IMG/VR virus record: IMGVR_UViG_3300027708_002017
Length of the DNA stretch: 64,000 nt
Origin: an uncultured virus (IMG/VR IMGVR_UViG_3300027708_002017)
Lineage: Duplodnaviria; Heunggongvirae; Uroviricota; Caudoviricetes
Direction: 5' to 3' (one strand)
The translations under genes were made by a program, and so were the position numbers. Below the pieces are notes generated by a model. It did no database searches and was not told the origin of the DNA. It worked only from the letters and a program-made list of their open reading frames with translations. Positions 10,038-19,797 of the stretch are shown here, piece by piece (the stretch's first letter is position 1; every line of letters begins with the position of its first letter).

Positions 10038-10295
10038 TTAGATACGTTTTGTGATATCTAAAATTGCTTCGATCTCTTCCCAATCTTCATTGTAAGCCGC
10101 CCAATCGCCTTTATGTGCAATCTTGATAGCTTTGTTAATAACACTTGGTTTAATTTGTAATTCTTCCGCAACTGCTTTAACAGTTTCTTTTAAGCCTTCT
10201 TGTAAGTCTTCGACTTCACGTAGTACTGTGCTACCTTCTGAAATCAAACGCTCTAGTTTTGCCTTTTCTTCTGCACCGTATGAACGACCGCCCAT
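10038..10295 (-). CDS. T4 DsbA/GapR-like dsDNA-binding protein
   Basis: 85 aa helical protein, LKETVKAVAEELQIKPSVINKAIK pattern. Confidence 0.65.
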   Translation of the reverse strand: MGGRSYGAEEKAKLERLISEGSTVLREVEDLQEGLKETVKAVAEELQIKPSVINKAIKIAHKGDWAAYNEDWEEIEAILDITKRI

Positions 10296-10319
10296 GTAAA
10301 TCTCCTAATGTATATGCCT

Positions 10320-10348
10320 ATTATACGTTACTTATCCTGTAAATGCAA
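10320..10348 (-). promoter_or_regulatory. sigma70-type promoter
   Basis: TTGCAT-17 bp-TATAAT. Confidence 0.65.
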
Positions 10349-10361
10349 CCTTTAGAGGTGG

Positions 10362-10387
10362 AAATGGCAGAAATTAATCTGCCATTT
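10362..10387 (-). terminator. hairpin terminator after the internal-protein block
   Basis: AAATGGCAGA/TCTGCCATTT inverted repeat just after the stop at 10390. Confidence 0.6.
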
Positions 10388-10389
10388 TA

Positions 10390-12042
10390 TTACTTAATGT
10401 TTGCTATTCTTAACCAACGAGCCAACTCATCTGATTCTTTTACTGGTGCAGTGTCAGCTTTGGAGCCAGGTGCACTGGCTAAACTTGCGGCCGCCGGATT
10501 GTTTTGAACATTTTGTTTATCTTTATCAATCAGTTGAGCGGTAGTAGGAGTGTTTTGTGGATTCAATTTATCTTTGGCAATTTGTTGATCCACATCACTC
10601 ATTGCCGCAGTTTGCGCGGCTGGAGAACTTTTGATCTCCTCCAAATCATCCAATTGTGATTCTAAATCTTTTAGTTGACGAATATTATCTTCATCTTCAG
10701 ATTTTTCTAAATCAATAATTAGTGCGGCTAACTGAGCTTTCATTGCATCAATTTCTTTTTGTGTAGCTTCAATTTCTTCTTTCTTTTTAGTGTCTTCAGC
10801 GGCCTTGGCATCATCAGCTGGTGTATCATCAGGACGAGGCTTTGCAATTGACGGTTGTTCAACTGGTTTAGAGCCTACACCTTGGTCATATGTTGGCTTA
10901 CCACTGGCTGGAGGAATTGTTATTGTTGCCCCTGCTGTAATCTTGTTAGGGTTTGTAATACTAGGATTAGCGGCCATCAATTCAGCAACGCTTACATTAT
11001 TTCGTTTAGCAATAGTACTTAAATTATCACCAGGTTTGATCTGATAAGTCGTTGGCTCAGATGTTTTAGCATCTGCACTTGGGTTAACAGCACTTGGAGT
11101 AGCACCTGCACTAGGTGCAGTAGTCGCACCGTTAGCTGTTGCCATTTGGTCAGCAGTTGGGCCATTTCGTTGACCTTGTCCGCCACCGATTTGACTACCA
11201 GCAGCCGCAACAGCCGCCAAGGCTGCCGCAATACTCTTCTTAGGATTATCTTTTAGCCATGCGCCTACGCCTGATTTCATATTGTCTGGAACAGCTCTCC
11301 AGGCCGCATCATCAATATCTGGGCGAGGTTTAGGCATGCCAACACGGCTACCCCAACCTGGAATTTTGCTCCAGTCGTCTGGGTTTGATCCAAACTTTTT
11401 CATTATATTAGGAAGCATTTCTCCAGCTGACTGTGCCGCACCCAATGGCCCTGGCAATCTCAACCCTGCTTCAAACAAATCGCTAAAACTTTCCATCAAT
11501 GATTCTTTTAGAGGTTTGTCTGCTGGTGCATCTGTTTTTGCAGTGGACAAGGATGCTAATTTGTCTTTAAGAGCTTTGTACTTGGGAATTAAATCTGTTA
11601 ATTGTTTTAATTCGTCATCCTCTTTAGTTTGACGGGCAATAGCCGCTTGACTGCCGCCTTGTACTCCTGCATCATAATCTTTATTACTAGAACTGAAAGG
11701 ATTTAAATGACGTAAAAATGTACTTGTATTTGCTTTAGGAGGAACTAGTCCACGCTTTGCCAACAATGCATCGCTAGATTCTGTACCAGTAGCACTGATA
11801 CGTGGTTTAGATTGACCTGTCCCGCTGTCACTGCGATCCATCTCTGGATCAGCACTGACAAAGTATCCACTAACTGGATCATATAGTCCGGGCAACTTAT
11901 TATTTTGTGCAAGAGTCATTAGGATCTGAGCACGTTTTTGTTCGTCTTTTTCTTGACCAACTTGAGCTTCGATATCTTTTAGACGTAAGCCTTCGTTGAG
12001 CTCAATAGACTCTATGCGATTAATTAAATCTCGTAAGTTCAT
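10390..12042 (-). CDS. LysM-domain protein, probable virion-internal protein
   Basis: YQIKPGDNLSTIAKRNNVSVAELMAANPSITNPNKITAGATITIP is a LysM domain; MNLRDLINRIESIELNE leader. Confidence 0.8.
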   Translation of the reverse strand: MNLRDLINRIESIELNEGLRLKDIEAQVGQEKDEQKRAQILMTLAQNNKLPGLYDPVSGYFVSADPEMDRSDSGTGQSKPRISATGTESSDALLAKRGLVPPKANTSTFLRHLNPFSSSNKDYDAGVQGGSQAAIARQTKEDDELKQLTDLIPKYKALKDKLASLSTAKTDAPADKPLKESLMESFSDLFEAGLRLPGPLGAAQSAGEMLPNIMKKFGSNPDDWSKIPGWGSRVGMPKPRPDIDDAAWRAVPDNMKSGVGAWLKDNPKKSIAAALAAVAAAGSQIGGGQGQRNGPTADQMATANGATTAPSAGATPSAVNPSADAKTSEPTTYQIKPGDNLSTIAKRNNVSVAELMAANPSITNPNKITAGATITIPPASGKPTYDQGVGSKPVEQPSIAKPRPDDTPADDAKAAEDTKKKEEIEATQKEIDAMKAQLAALIIDLEKSEDEDNIRQLKDLESQLDDLEEIKSSPAAQTAAMSDVDQQIAKDKLNPQNTPTTAQLIDKDKQNVQNNPAAASLASAPGSKADTAPVKESDELARWLRIANIK

Positions 12043-12044
12043 TA

Positions 12045-13613
12045 TTATTCCTTTGGTACACAGTTAGGCACTGTGCGTCCGCCTTTCTTTTTAGTTCCTA
12101 CTGGCTTGTAACCATCCCAGCAAGGATTTGAATTTTTTAATGTTCGTTTCTTAGCGTTGGCTTCTTTGATAGGATTTTGATTGTGCTTTTTTAAATCGTT
12201 ATCAAATTGTTTGATAGTGGCTTTATTGATACCTTTGAAACGTTTGTCACCTCGAGCATAGTCTCCTTCTGCATCGGCTTTCTTAGCATCTGCGTAGGCG
12301 GCTTTTTTATATTTGCCCAATGTGTCTGTACTTAGTTCGCTTAGACTTAAATGCCCCCCGTCTGGTGCGTTACTTTGTGCCCCAGGACCGTTGTGTAGAT
12401 GAGCATGAGATAAGTTATCTTCCGGCAAAGCTCTAAGTGCATCTTTTATCAAATCGTTTAATGTATGGAATGCCGCAGTAGTGATGCCTACACCTGCCAG
12501 TGTTTTAACCCATTCTCTAATAGGCCCTACCAACTGTGCTCCTGATCTTGCAACATTTGCACCAAAGAACGTTACTACTTTTTCAATAATTCTGCATATT
12601 TTTTTAATTCTAGATAGATTAGCAACAACTTCTGCTCCAAGTCCTATCGGCCCGCCCATGGCTCCTGCAAGTGCTCCTGCCCCGACTATGCCTAAATCAA
12701 ATGCAACTTCCATTGGTGTGTATGGAATATCTGGATGAATTCTTTTCTCCCACCATCCTGCATCTTGGCCTTGATCATCTATATTGCCATTAGCCGCATG
12801 AATTGCTCCCCCACCTACTACAGTAGCAGATCCTTTTGGATTTGATTTAACTATGTTGGCCGCGCCTTTAGCAATGTCAATGGGATTAACTTCATTCAAT
12901 TTACTTTCTTTCATCAATACACGTTCAGCAATAGTCTGCGCATACTGTTTGTAGAAGTTTTGTTTTTTAACTTGTTGTTCTTGTACAGCCTGCTCTGCTT
13001 GGTCAAAATATTTACGAACAACGCTTTCACGACCTACACGAGCTGGACGCTCTTGCTGACAGTTATCTTCTTTTTGATAGTGTTGCATGGCCATTTGTAC
13101 TGGCAACGATACTTTATGCGGACTACCTTCCATCAATAAATTAACATTGTTTTTATCTACAATTGATAAAAACTTACTTAGATCATTTTCTTGTACTGTT
13201 GTAGCAGGTGTTACGTAACGAACATTGTTGTTGTAACCTGCCGCTTGATCAGCGGCCTTTACTGCTTGGTTCTTTGCGTAAGTTTGCTCCCAACGTTCAG
13301 CATTGCCGCCGGCAAGTTGATCGTAACGTGCTTGTAACTTAGCTATTTCTGCAGGATCGATGCCTTTGGCTTTGGCATCTTGAATTTGATTACGAACAGC
13401 GACCCACTCAGCGGCATTTGGGTGTTGAATATCCGCCAGTTCATCGGGTGTATATGTAGGAGTGCCGTCTGCCTGTGTATCTTGTCTCGGATCGGGCATC
13501 TGATTAAGATCTGCTTCGCTAACAACACGAAGGAATCGAGCCATGTCATTGGCGCCTACTACAGGTTTAGTAGCAACTCCATCCATCGCCTGTAGTATGC
13601 GCTTCATTTCCAT
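12045..13613 (-). CDS. probable internal head protein
   Basis: Repeated (L/V)xE sites; C-terminal CWDGYKPVGTKKKGGRTVPNCVP motif. Confidence 0.55.
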   Translation of the reverse strand: MEMKRILQAMDGVATKPVVGANDMARFLRVVSEADLNQMPDPRQDTQADGTPTYTPDELADIQHPNAAEWVAVRNQIQDAKAKGIDPAEIAKLQARYDQLAGGNAERWEQTYAKNQAVKAADQAAGYNNNVRYVTPATTVQENDLSKFLSIVDKNNVNLLMEGSPHKVSLPVQMAMQHYQKEDNCQQERPARVGRESVVRKYFDQAEQAVQEQQVKKQNFYKQYAQTIAERVLMKESKLNEVNPIDIAKGAANIVKSNPKGSATVVGGGAIHAANGNIDDQGQDAGWWEKRIHPDIPYTPMEVAFDLGIVGAGALAGAMGGPIGLGAEVVANLSRIKKICRIIEKVVTFFGANVARSGAQLVGPIREWVKTLAGVGITTAAFHTLNDLIKDALRALPEDNLSHAHLHNGPGAQSNAPDGGHLSLSELSTDTLGKYKKAAYADAKKADAEGDYARGDKRFKGINKATIKQFDNDLKKHNQNPIKEANAKKRTLKNSNPCWDGYKPVGTKKKGGRTVPNCVPKE

Positions 13614-13617
13614 GGGA

Positions 13618-15222
13618 TTAACCGTTTAGACGTTGCATCAACTCTTTCATGCGATTGAATTCAGTTGACTCTTTTACAGTTTCTTTTTTCTTACCAGCAC
13701 GTAATGCGGCCAAGTCTGATTTCTCAATCTTACCATCATGATCTGCATCAATCTTTTCTTGATTGCCTGGCAAGTCTTTAGTTGCGGCTTTCTTTTCTGC
13801 CATGTAAGCAACAGTTTCTTTCATGTTTTTCCACATAGCGGCAGCGGCAATCTTCTCACCTTTCTCACCGCCACCAGCACTCTTGGCTACTTTGTCAAAA
13901 CTCTTGCCTGGCTTGCCAATGTCTTTGCCTGCTTTAGCATCTTTAACTACAGCACTCTTCTTAGCTTTGCTTAGACCTGCGCTTGGTTTACCCTCGTCAA
14001 CTTTCTTTTCAGGCTCGCCTAATTTTTTACGTAGCATTTTATTCAAATGACCTTTTGGATGAGGCTTTGATTTACTACCAGCCGGCTCTTCTCTATCGCC
14101 GTCGTATTGAGATTTATCAAACGGTGTTGGCTTTGCGGCTTCTTTAACTTTCTTCTTGCCACCTTCTTCGTCTTTACCAAGACGTCCAGCAATAACATCA
14201 CCGCGTGTTACTTTGTCATATGGTTTAGCGTTGTTAGCCAAGTTACCATCATTCTTCTTTTTAGCTTCGTACATGCCAAGACCTAAACTTTCGTCAACGT
14301 CTTTTTCTTTAGGACGGTTGTCGAACTTTTCGCCGTTCTTCATGCCATAAGTTGGTTTGTCATGCTTTGGCAATTTGATATCGTTGCCCTTTTCAGCTTT
14401 TTTAGTTTCAGCATCTTTGGCCTTGGCATGAGTTTTAATACCCTTGCCTGACTTTTCTTCAGCTTCGCCATCGTCATGATAGCTGGTATTGGAGTGCTTC
14501 ATGCCAGTATCAGTCTTGGTAGCTATACCTGTGCGTGTTTTGAAAGTATCGCCAGTCTTGCTTTTGTCTGTGAATTCTTCGTCCACTGACTCTTCATCAT
14601 CTGGAACACCGTTGTGATTAGCATCTAAACGCTTGTGAGCGGCTTTAGTAGCTTTAACTAAAGTCTTATACTTGTCTACTTTGCTTTGAACATGCGCTGG
14701 AACTGGTTTTGGATCTTCGTAAACCATTCCTGTACCGCCACATTCCATACAAGGCTTTTGACCACCGCCAATCATGCCTTCGTCCATCTTGTGATCGTGC
14801 TTGCCCTTCATCTTTTCAGCTTGTGACTTTTTCAAGTCTTTCATTTTATCTTTAGCTTCAGATAACATTTCTTTTAGTCGCATTTTTTGTCCTTCGCTTA
14901 ATGTATCGCTGTTGTCTAAATGATGTCCATACTCGCTGAACTTCATTTCGTACTCTAAATAATGATAGACGCTGGCGATATAATCAGCGGCTTTAGTAAT
15001 CTTAGCTTGCACCCAGCCTTCTAATTGATCTTCGTCCTGGATTTGTTGGAACAACTTGTGGCTATAATTGGCTAATTTGTACAAATCAGCTTTGGCCATA
15101 GCACCTTCGCGGTCTGCTTCGCCGTTGTGTAAGCCTACAACATCACTGCCCATTTCAGGTGCTGATGTGTCTGTTGGTTCTGCCCCCATATCTGGGTTCA
15201 TTTGATCTAATTCTGATGGCAT
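13618..15222 (-). CDS. K/D/E-rich probable internal head protein
   Basis: WVQAKITKAADY motif, CxxCGGTG, DADHDGKI loop, many (V/L/M)xE sites; TAAATA and GGAG upstream. Confidence 0.55.
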   Translation of the reverse strand: MPSELDQMNPDMGAEPTDTSAPEMGSDVVGLHNGEADREGAMAKADLYKLANYSHKLFQQIQDEDQLEGWVQAKITKAADYIASVYHYLEYEMKFSEYGHHLDNSDTLSEGQKMRLKEMLSEAKDKMKDLKKSQAEKMKGKHDHKMDEGMIGGGQKPCMECGGTGMVYEDPKPVPAHVQSKVDKYKTLVKATKAAHKRLDANHNGVPDDEESVDEEFTDKSKTGDTFKTRTGIATKTDTGMKHSNTSYHDDGEAEEKSGKGIKTHAKAKDAETKKAEKGNDIKLPKHDKPTYGMKNGEKFDNRPKEKDVDESLGLGMYEAKKKNDGNLANNAKPYDKVTRGDVIAGRLGKDEEGGKKKVKEAAKPTPFDKSQYDGDREEPAGSKSKPHPKGHLNKMLRKKLGEPEKKVDEGKPSAGLSKAKKSAVVKDAKAGKDIGKPGKSFDKVAKSAGGGEKGEKIAAAAMWKNMKETVAYMAEKKAATKDLPGNQEKIDADHDGKIEKSDLAALRAGKKKETVKESTEFNRMKELMQRLNG

Positions 15223-15248
15223 GAGTATACTCCGTTATCTTTATATAT

Positions 15249-15734
15249 TTAGCGTCTTTTGATGATAGGCGCCTTGATATTCTCCATAGGCCCGCCGAAC
15301 AAACTTACTTCATCTTGATCAAGTGCGCTAACACTTTTTACTTTTTTCTTGCTATGTGCTTGTGTAGGGTTGGGCAATGTGGCTATATTACCGGATGTAG
15401 TAGTTGATATTGCATCAGACTCTGATATATCTTTTGTTTCTCCGTATGGATGCACTACAACCCACTTGCCGCCTTGATTTTGCACCCACTTTTTAGGGTC
15501 AAACTTGCTACGAATAATATTGTGTACCTTCAGTGCTTGCTCCGGTGTATCTCTGTATCCTTGCGCACGAGCTTCTTGTTCAACACGGTTAGAAATCATA
15601 GCTTGATGAACTCTATCGTTTTTGTAAATATACAACAGATTAGACTCGTCGCTCATATCTCTTTCACGTCGACCAAATCCTGTGCGGTTATTATGATAAC
15701 TGTTGTAGCTTTCGTCTAATTCATGTATTTTCAT
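15249..15734 (-). CDS. probable internal head protein
   Basis: MKIHELDE leader. Confidence 0.55.
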   Translation of the reverse strand: MKIHELDESYNSYHNNRTGFGRRERDMSDESNLLYIYKNDRVHQAMISNRVEQEARAQGYRDTPEQALKVHNIIRSKFDPKKWVQNQGGKWVVVHPYGETKDISESDAISTTTSGNIATLPNPTQAHSKKKVKSVSALDQDEVSLFGGPMENIKAPIIKRR

Positions 15735-15737
15735 AAT

Positions 15738-15992
15738 TTATTTTCCAAACCAATGTTTAAACCACGCATCTGTGCCTGGTTTGATATCTTGTTCTCTAGC
15801 AACTCGCCCTTTGTCGCTGCCTTGCACCTGTGGTAACTGCAAATTATTATAATTGGCTAGGGCTTCTGCACTGCCTAACCCGCCCATCATACTGACAGCT
15901 TTTAACGCATGTACAGGATCATCCGGCGCAAGATAGCAATCTTCATCGCTTGATGGATTTACATCTTGACTAGTTATCCTGTACTGTTTCAT
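15738..15992 (-). CDS. hypothetical protein
   Basis: Start MKQYRIT overlaps the dps stop (ATGA); ends IKPGTDAWFKHWF. Confidence 0.7.
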   Translation of the reverse strand: MKQYRITSQDVNPSSDEDCYLAPDDPVHALKAVSMMGGLGSAEALANYNNLQLPQVQGSDKGRVAREQDIKPGTDAWFKHWFGK

Positions 15993-16426
15993 TTCAAACT
16001 GGATCTCAACATCCAACTGTGTTTCTTGTGCTGATCCTGACGGTCAGCTAGGAAATTACTTAGTCCATGATCGCCGTGTGCTTCGGCCATATCGAATGTA
16101 ATACGAAATATATTGGCCATCTTATCGCTATCTTCTAATAGTTCGCCTAGCATACCGCTCCAATCGGGGACTGCATTTTCATCTTTCACTTGAGTGAGCA
16201 TGCTAAATTTGCTATAACTGGCAGGTGCATAAACCTGTAATGCTCGCAGTTCTTCTGCAAATTGATCAATAGCACCATACACTTCATCGTATATTCTTTC
16301 AAACAACAAATGATGCTGATAGAACAACGGGCCTTCGGTATTCCAATGAAAGTTTTGAGCTTTCAACGCAAATGCATACTCGCTGGCAAATGCTGTTTTC
16401 AATGCTAAGTGGTATTTCTCGTCCAT
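15989..16426 (-). CDS. dps: Dps ferritin-like protein
   Basis: KAQNFHWN, HLLFE, IDQFAEELR, KHSWML; start MDEKY at 16426. Confidence 0.93.
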   Translation of the reverse strand: MDEKYHLALKTAFASEYAFALKAQNFHWNTEGPLFYQHHLLFERIYDEVYGAIDQFAEELRALQVYAPASYSKFSMLTQVKDENAVPDWSGMLGELLEDSDKMANIFRITFDMAEAHGDHGLSNFLADRQDQHKKHSWMLRSSLK

Positions 16427-16427
16427 A

Positions 16428-16823
16428 TTAAATTCCGTATTTGTTTCGTTTGATATTGGCCACTGTACTGACTTTGTCGGTTCCGGCAGATTCTTCGCTT
16501 TTATTATTGGCAATGCGTGTGCCTTTTACGCCCATTAATTTATCTGCCAATTTGACTACTTCTTCATCCTCTGGACTAAATCCAACAATGGTTAAATTTT
16601 CTGCCCATGGACTTTCTTGTTCAAATGACACATGACCAGCCGCATCAGCACGGGCCGCCGCAACAGCTAGTCCATAGCGATATTGCATATATGGATCGGT
16701 ATTTCGCAATTGACGTTGTACCCATACACCTGGCAGTGCCGCATCCACATCTTTGCTCAAACTGGCAAACTTACCGTGTGACTTGGCACTGGCACTTTCA
16801 GGTAAAAATTCTTTTGCTCGCAT
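16428..16823 (-). CDS. probable internal protein, paralog of the C-terminal module of the 16825-18120 gene
   Basis: MRAKEFLPE leader; ends KRNKYGI. Confidence 0.7.
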   Translation of the reverse strand: MRAKEFLPESASAKSHGKFASLSKDVDAALPGVWVQRQLRNTDPYMQYRYGLAVAAARADAAGHVSFEQESPWAENLTIVGFSPEDEEVVKLADKLMGVKGTRIANNKSEESAGTDKVSTVANIKRNKYGI

Positions 16824-16824
16824 A

Positions 16825-18120
16825 TTATATACCGTACTTGTTCTTTTTAGGCTTGGCAACTGCGCTGGCTTTGTTAACGTCTGCCATCTCTTCGCTACGT
16901 TTACCACTCCAGTTTTCTATAGTTCCAGCACCTACTTGCAAAGCGGCAGCTTTGACCATTTCATATTCTTCTTCAGTGTAGCTGGAAATCAGCGGGTCTC
17001 CTCCGATCCAATTATCAGCTGCCATCTTTGTCGGGTAGTCCGGAGCACCGGCCAGCGCAATACCCATGCGATAATTTTTATACATGCTGCCAGTTGCCAT
17101 GTTCAAGCCTGGTATTGTGGACGTATTTTTCATGGCTGTTTTTTTCTCAACATCTATGGGTTTTGTTCCGCCCTTGCCCACTGACCCTTCTTTTACAAAC
17201 TGATGTGCTCGCATTTCTCTTATTATCTTGTTAGCATATTTAATCGAATTTTCTTTGTACATCTGCTGTTGTTTAATCCATTGCTCCAACGAAGCATATT
17301 CACTAGAACTAAATTGTGGTTGTACACCTTTGCTGTTGGCATCTTTTATACGTTGTAGATACATTCTTATATGCGGAGGCGGAAGAGCATCGGATAGTTC
17401 TTTATCTCTAGCAACTGCGGCTCTTACATCTGCCAAGCTAGTACTTGGTTTTTTGACCACTTTAGGTGCTTGTTTTGCCAGTAGTGACATTAATCCTTCT
17501 GCCGCTGGCTCTATAACCGGTTTTTCTTTCTTAACTTTCTTAACTTTTTCTGGATGCTGTCCTACTGCGGCAACTACTGTGTCGTAATAGTGTTGACCGT
17601 TTACTGCTAAATCTGGATTGGTGCCAGCGGCTTGATAAAACGCCTTCATATCTCCCGCACGAGCGGCAGTGCGTAATGCAGTGGCACTACTTACACGGGG
17701 ACTTTCTACGTGTATGATTTTAGCAAAATTAAAATAACCATGAGTACTTTCTTTGCCATTGTATTGATGCAGTAGTTTGCCTGCCCATGCCCAATCTTGA
17801 CTATCTGTAACATAGGCAATGGTAGCGCCATCGCCTACTTGTTGATATATCTTAGCGGCTAATGTAACAACACTTTGTTCGCCTAGAATGTGTCCTTTGA
17901 TTTGAGGATCAATAGCAGTCATCCATGCTGTTTTTAAATCGTATGGCAATGGATCATTAGGACCAATAGTTCCGGGATTAGTTCCAATAAACCATTTGTG
18001 ACCAGCATGTTTAACGGCATTCCATACTTCCATGTGTCCTTGATGTGGAGGATTAAAGCGACCAAAGCAAAATGCCGCAGTAGCTTTATGATGCGCTTCG
18101 AATAACTGTCTTAATTTCAC
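16825..18120 (-). CDS. HxGH nucleotidyltransferase (cytidylyl/adenylyltransferase-like) with extra C-terminal module
   Basis: FGRFNPPHQGH, NDPL, SSATALR. Confidence 0.8.
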   Translation of the reverse strand: MKLRQLFEAHHKATAAFCFGRFNPPHQGHMEVWNAVKHAGHKWFIGTNPGTIGPNDPLPYDLKTAWMTAIDPQIKGHILGEQSVVTLAAKIYQQVGDGATIAYVTDSQDWAWAGKLLHQYNGKESTHGYFNFAKIIHVESPRVSSATALRTAARAGDMKAFYQAAGTNPDLAVNGQHYYDTVVAAVGQHPEKVKKVKKEKPVIEPAAEGLMSLLAKQAPKVVKKPSTSLADVRAAVARDKELSDALPPPHIRMYLQRIKDANSKGVQPQFSSSEYASLEQWIKQQQMYKENSIKYANKIIREMRAHQFVKEGSVGKGGTKPIDVEKKTAMKNTSTIPGLNMATGSMYKNYRMGIALAGAPDYPTKMAADNWIGGDPLISSYTEEEYEMVKAAALQVGAGTIENWSGKRSEEMADVNKASAVAKPKKNKYGI

Positions 18121-19361
18121 TGTGGTGCCTCCGGTGCTGTAACTGGCTTTTTACCAGGAGCCCATGTTGTAGGAACAATTTTAATGTTGCCGTACTTATG
18201 ACCTTTTTGTGCATAGCGTACATGACCTTCGCCGTGTGTATCCCAAATTTCTTTGCGTGGTTGTTGTTTGATGGCGGCATCCACAGTATCTTTCATGTTG
18301 CGTATGCCTTTGATTAAAAATAGTATAGCATCTAATCCGCCAGGATGTGCCTGTATCATGTCAATGATATGCTGAATCTTTTTAGGACTTTTACCTTTAC
18401 TGGTCATCCAGTTGGTAAATGTTGCGCCTGAGATAGTACCGAAGTCTTGCTCTGCATTAGCGTGTTTGTTGCTCATGTCATTGAAGAAAGGATAAAATAT
18501 TCCATTCTTATCAGCATCAGGCAAACTATTTAAGAAACCATCTATGACTGCGGCATGTTTATTTGTGTATTCGATCATACCATCTACTGCGCTAATGTCC
18601 GCGGCAGGTGCGGCATCTGTATAGATAGGCCCTTGTACAATAAGTCCCGGTGTGCCATTAAATTCTTCAAAACTATCTTTAGGCTGTTGTGAACGATCGT
18701 CTGCACCAAACGATGGAAATGTTGCATGCCCTACAACCATGACCTTGGCCTGTGTAATACGTTGTCCTAGTTCACTACCAGCGTCTACATGATATGTTGT
18801 ATTGCTTAATGGGTTGGGGCTAAATTCCCAAACACCCTGTGGATACTCTGCGGTCTTGGGCGCAAGACGTTTATTAAGAGCAGGATCTACACCAAACAAT
18901 GCATCTGCATACACAAATCCTACAAAGTTTTTAGGAGTTGCGGCATCAAATAGCGGATATAAATTACTAAAGTTAGTGGCAAACTGTTGACGCTTTTGTT
19001 GCTCTTCAGGAGTTTTGGCATTACCACTTTGATTGGCAATAAAATCGTACACACCTTCGGCACTGTCGCTCTTAACACCGCGTCCCCATTGGTTGTGTCC
19101 AGCAAGTATCAAAGGCCCGCCTTTCTTTTCACGTCCCCAATATACTTGTGGATTGCCATCCCACTTGCGTCTGACGGTAGTTTGTCCAGCTTTTTCGCTA
19201 GCAATTTCTTTAAAGTGGTTAAGTGCTTCTAGCGTACCATTAACACCTTTGAAAAATACTAAATGCTCTGGATGATTAAAAGGTCTGCCGTACTTTTCCA
19301 TGCTGTCGTCATTAACAGCAATAGCTTTGCCTTCATAATAGAACATTTCTCTTAACAGCAC
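18117..19361 (-). CDS. ligase-superfamily-like protein (DUF6267-like)
   Basis: HPEHL, KWDGNP (KxDG motif I), FSPN, HGEGHV, IKIV. Confidence 0.6.
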   Translation of the reverse strand: MLLREMFYYEGKAIAVNDDSMEKYGRPFNHPEHLVFFKGVNGTLEALNHFKEIASEKAGQTTVRRKWDGNPQVYWGREKKGGPLILAGHNQWGRGVKSDSAEGVYDFIANQSGNAKTPEEQQKRQQFATNFSNLYPLFDAATPKNFVGFVYADALFGVDPALNKRLAPKTAEYPQGVWEFSPNPLSNTTYHVDAGSELGQRITQAKVMVVGHATFPSFGADDRSQQPKDSFEEFNGTPGLIVQGPIYTDAAPAADISAVDGMIEYTNKHAAVIDGFLNSLPDADKNGIFYPFFNDMSNKHANAEQDFGTISGATFTNWMTSKGKSPKKIQHIIDMIQAHPGGLDAILFLIKGIRNMKDTVDAAIKQQPRKEIWDTHGEGHVRYAQKGHKYGNIKIVPTTWAPGKKPVTAPEAPQ

Positions 19362-19363
19362 GA

Positions 19364-19729
19364 TTAATCCTTATACTTGCCGTTAGATAGGTGTTCTTTG
19401 GTGTCTTCTAACATTTTTTTGCAAATATCATTGCAAAGTTTTTCGTCTAACTGTGGGGGTAGCTCGCGGATAGGAAATTTTTTCACATAGGCGTGATAAC
19501 TGTTTTCTACTGCTGGGCGAAATACTTTACTGCTTATTTCACCTTTTTTATCAATACAACGGGTTAGGCTTGGAAATACATGACGACGATATACATCATC
19601 ATCGTTGTGCATGAAGTGTATTAAGTCTTCGGCAAGATCAAAGTTTAATTCTCTACCACCACCTTCTACAGGTTTGATAAACTTCATATCGTCGAAGTAT
19701 TTGCCCTCTAATAGTTCATTTATACGCAT
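19364..19729 (-). CDS. probable internal protein
   Basis: MRINELLE leader; TAAATA at 19776-19781. Confidence 0.6.
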   Translation of the reverse strand: MRINELLEGKYFDDMKFIKPVEGGGRELNFDLAEDLIHFMHNDDDVYRRHVFPSLTRCIDKKGEISSKVFRPAVENSYHAYVKKFPIRELPPQLDEKLCNDICKKMLEDTKEHLSNGKYKD

Positions 19730-19775
19730 TTTTAAGCCCAAATTATTAAATCAGCAGAAATCTCTGCGGTTAGAG

Positions 19776-19781
19776 TATTTA
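19776..19781 (-). promoter_or_regulatory. putative late promoter core TAAATA
   Basis: Same hexamer precedes genes at 10032, 15246, 24873, 27609, 32762, 37491, 52125, 52998, 56231 (-) and 27662, 52156, 53010 (+); resembles T4 TATAAATA. Confidence 0.6.
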
Positions 19782-19797
19782 TCGCTTTTGCAGGGCT

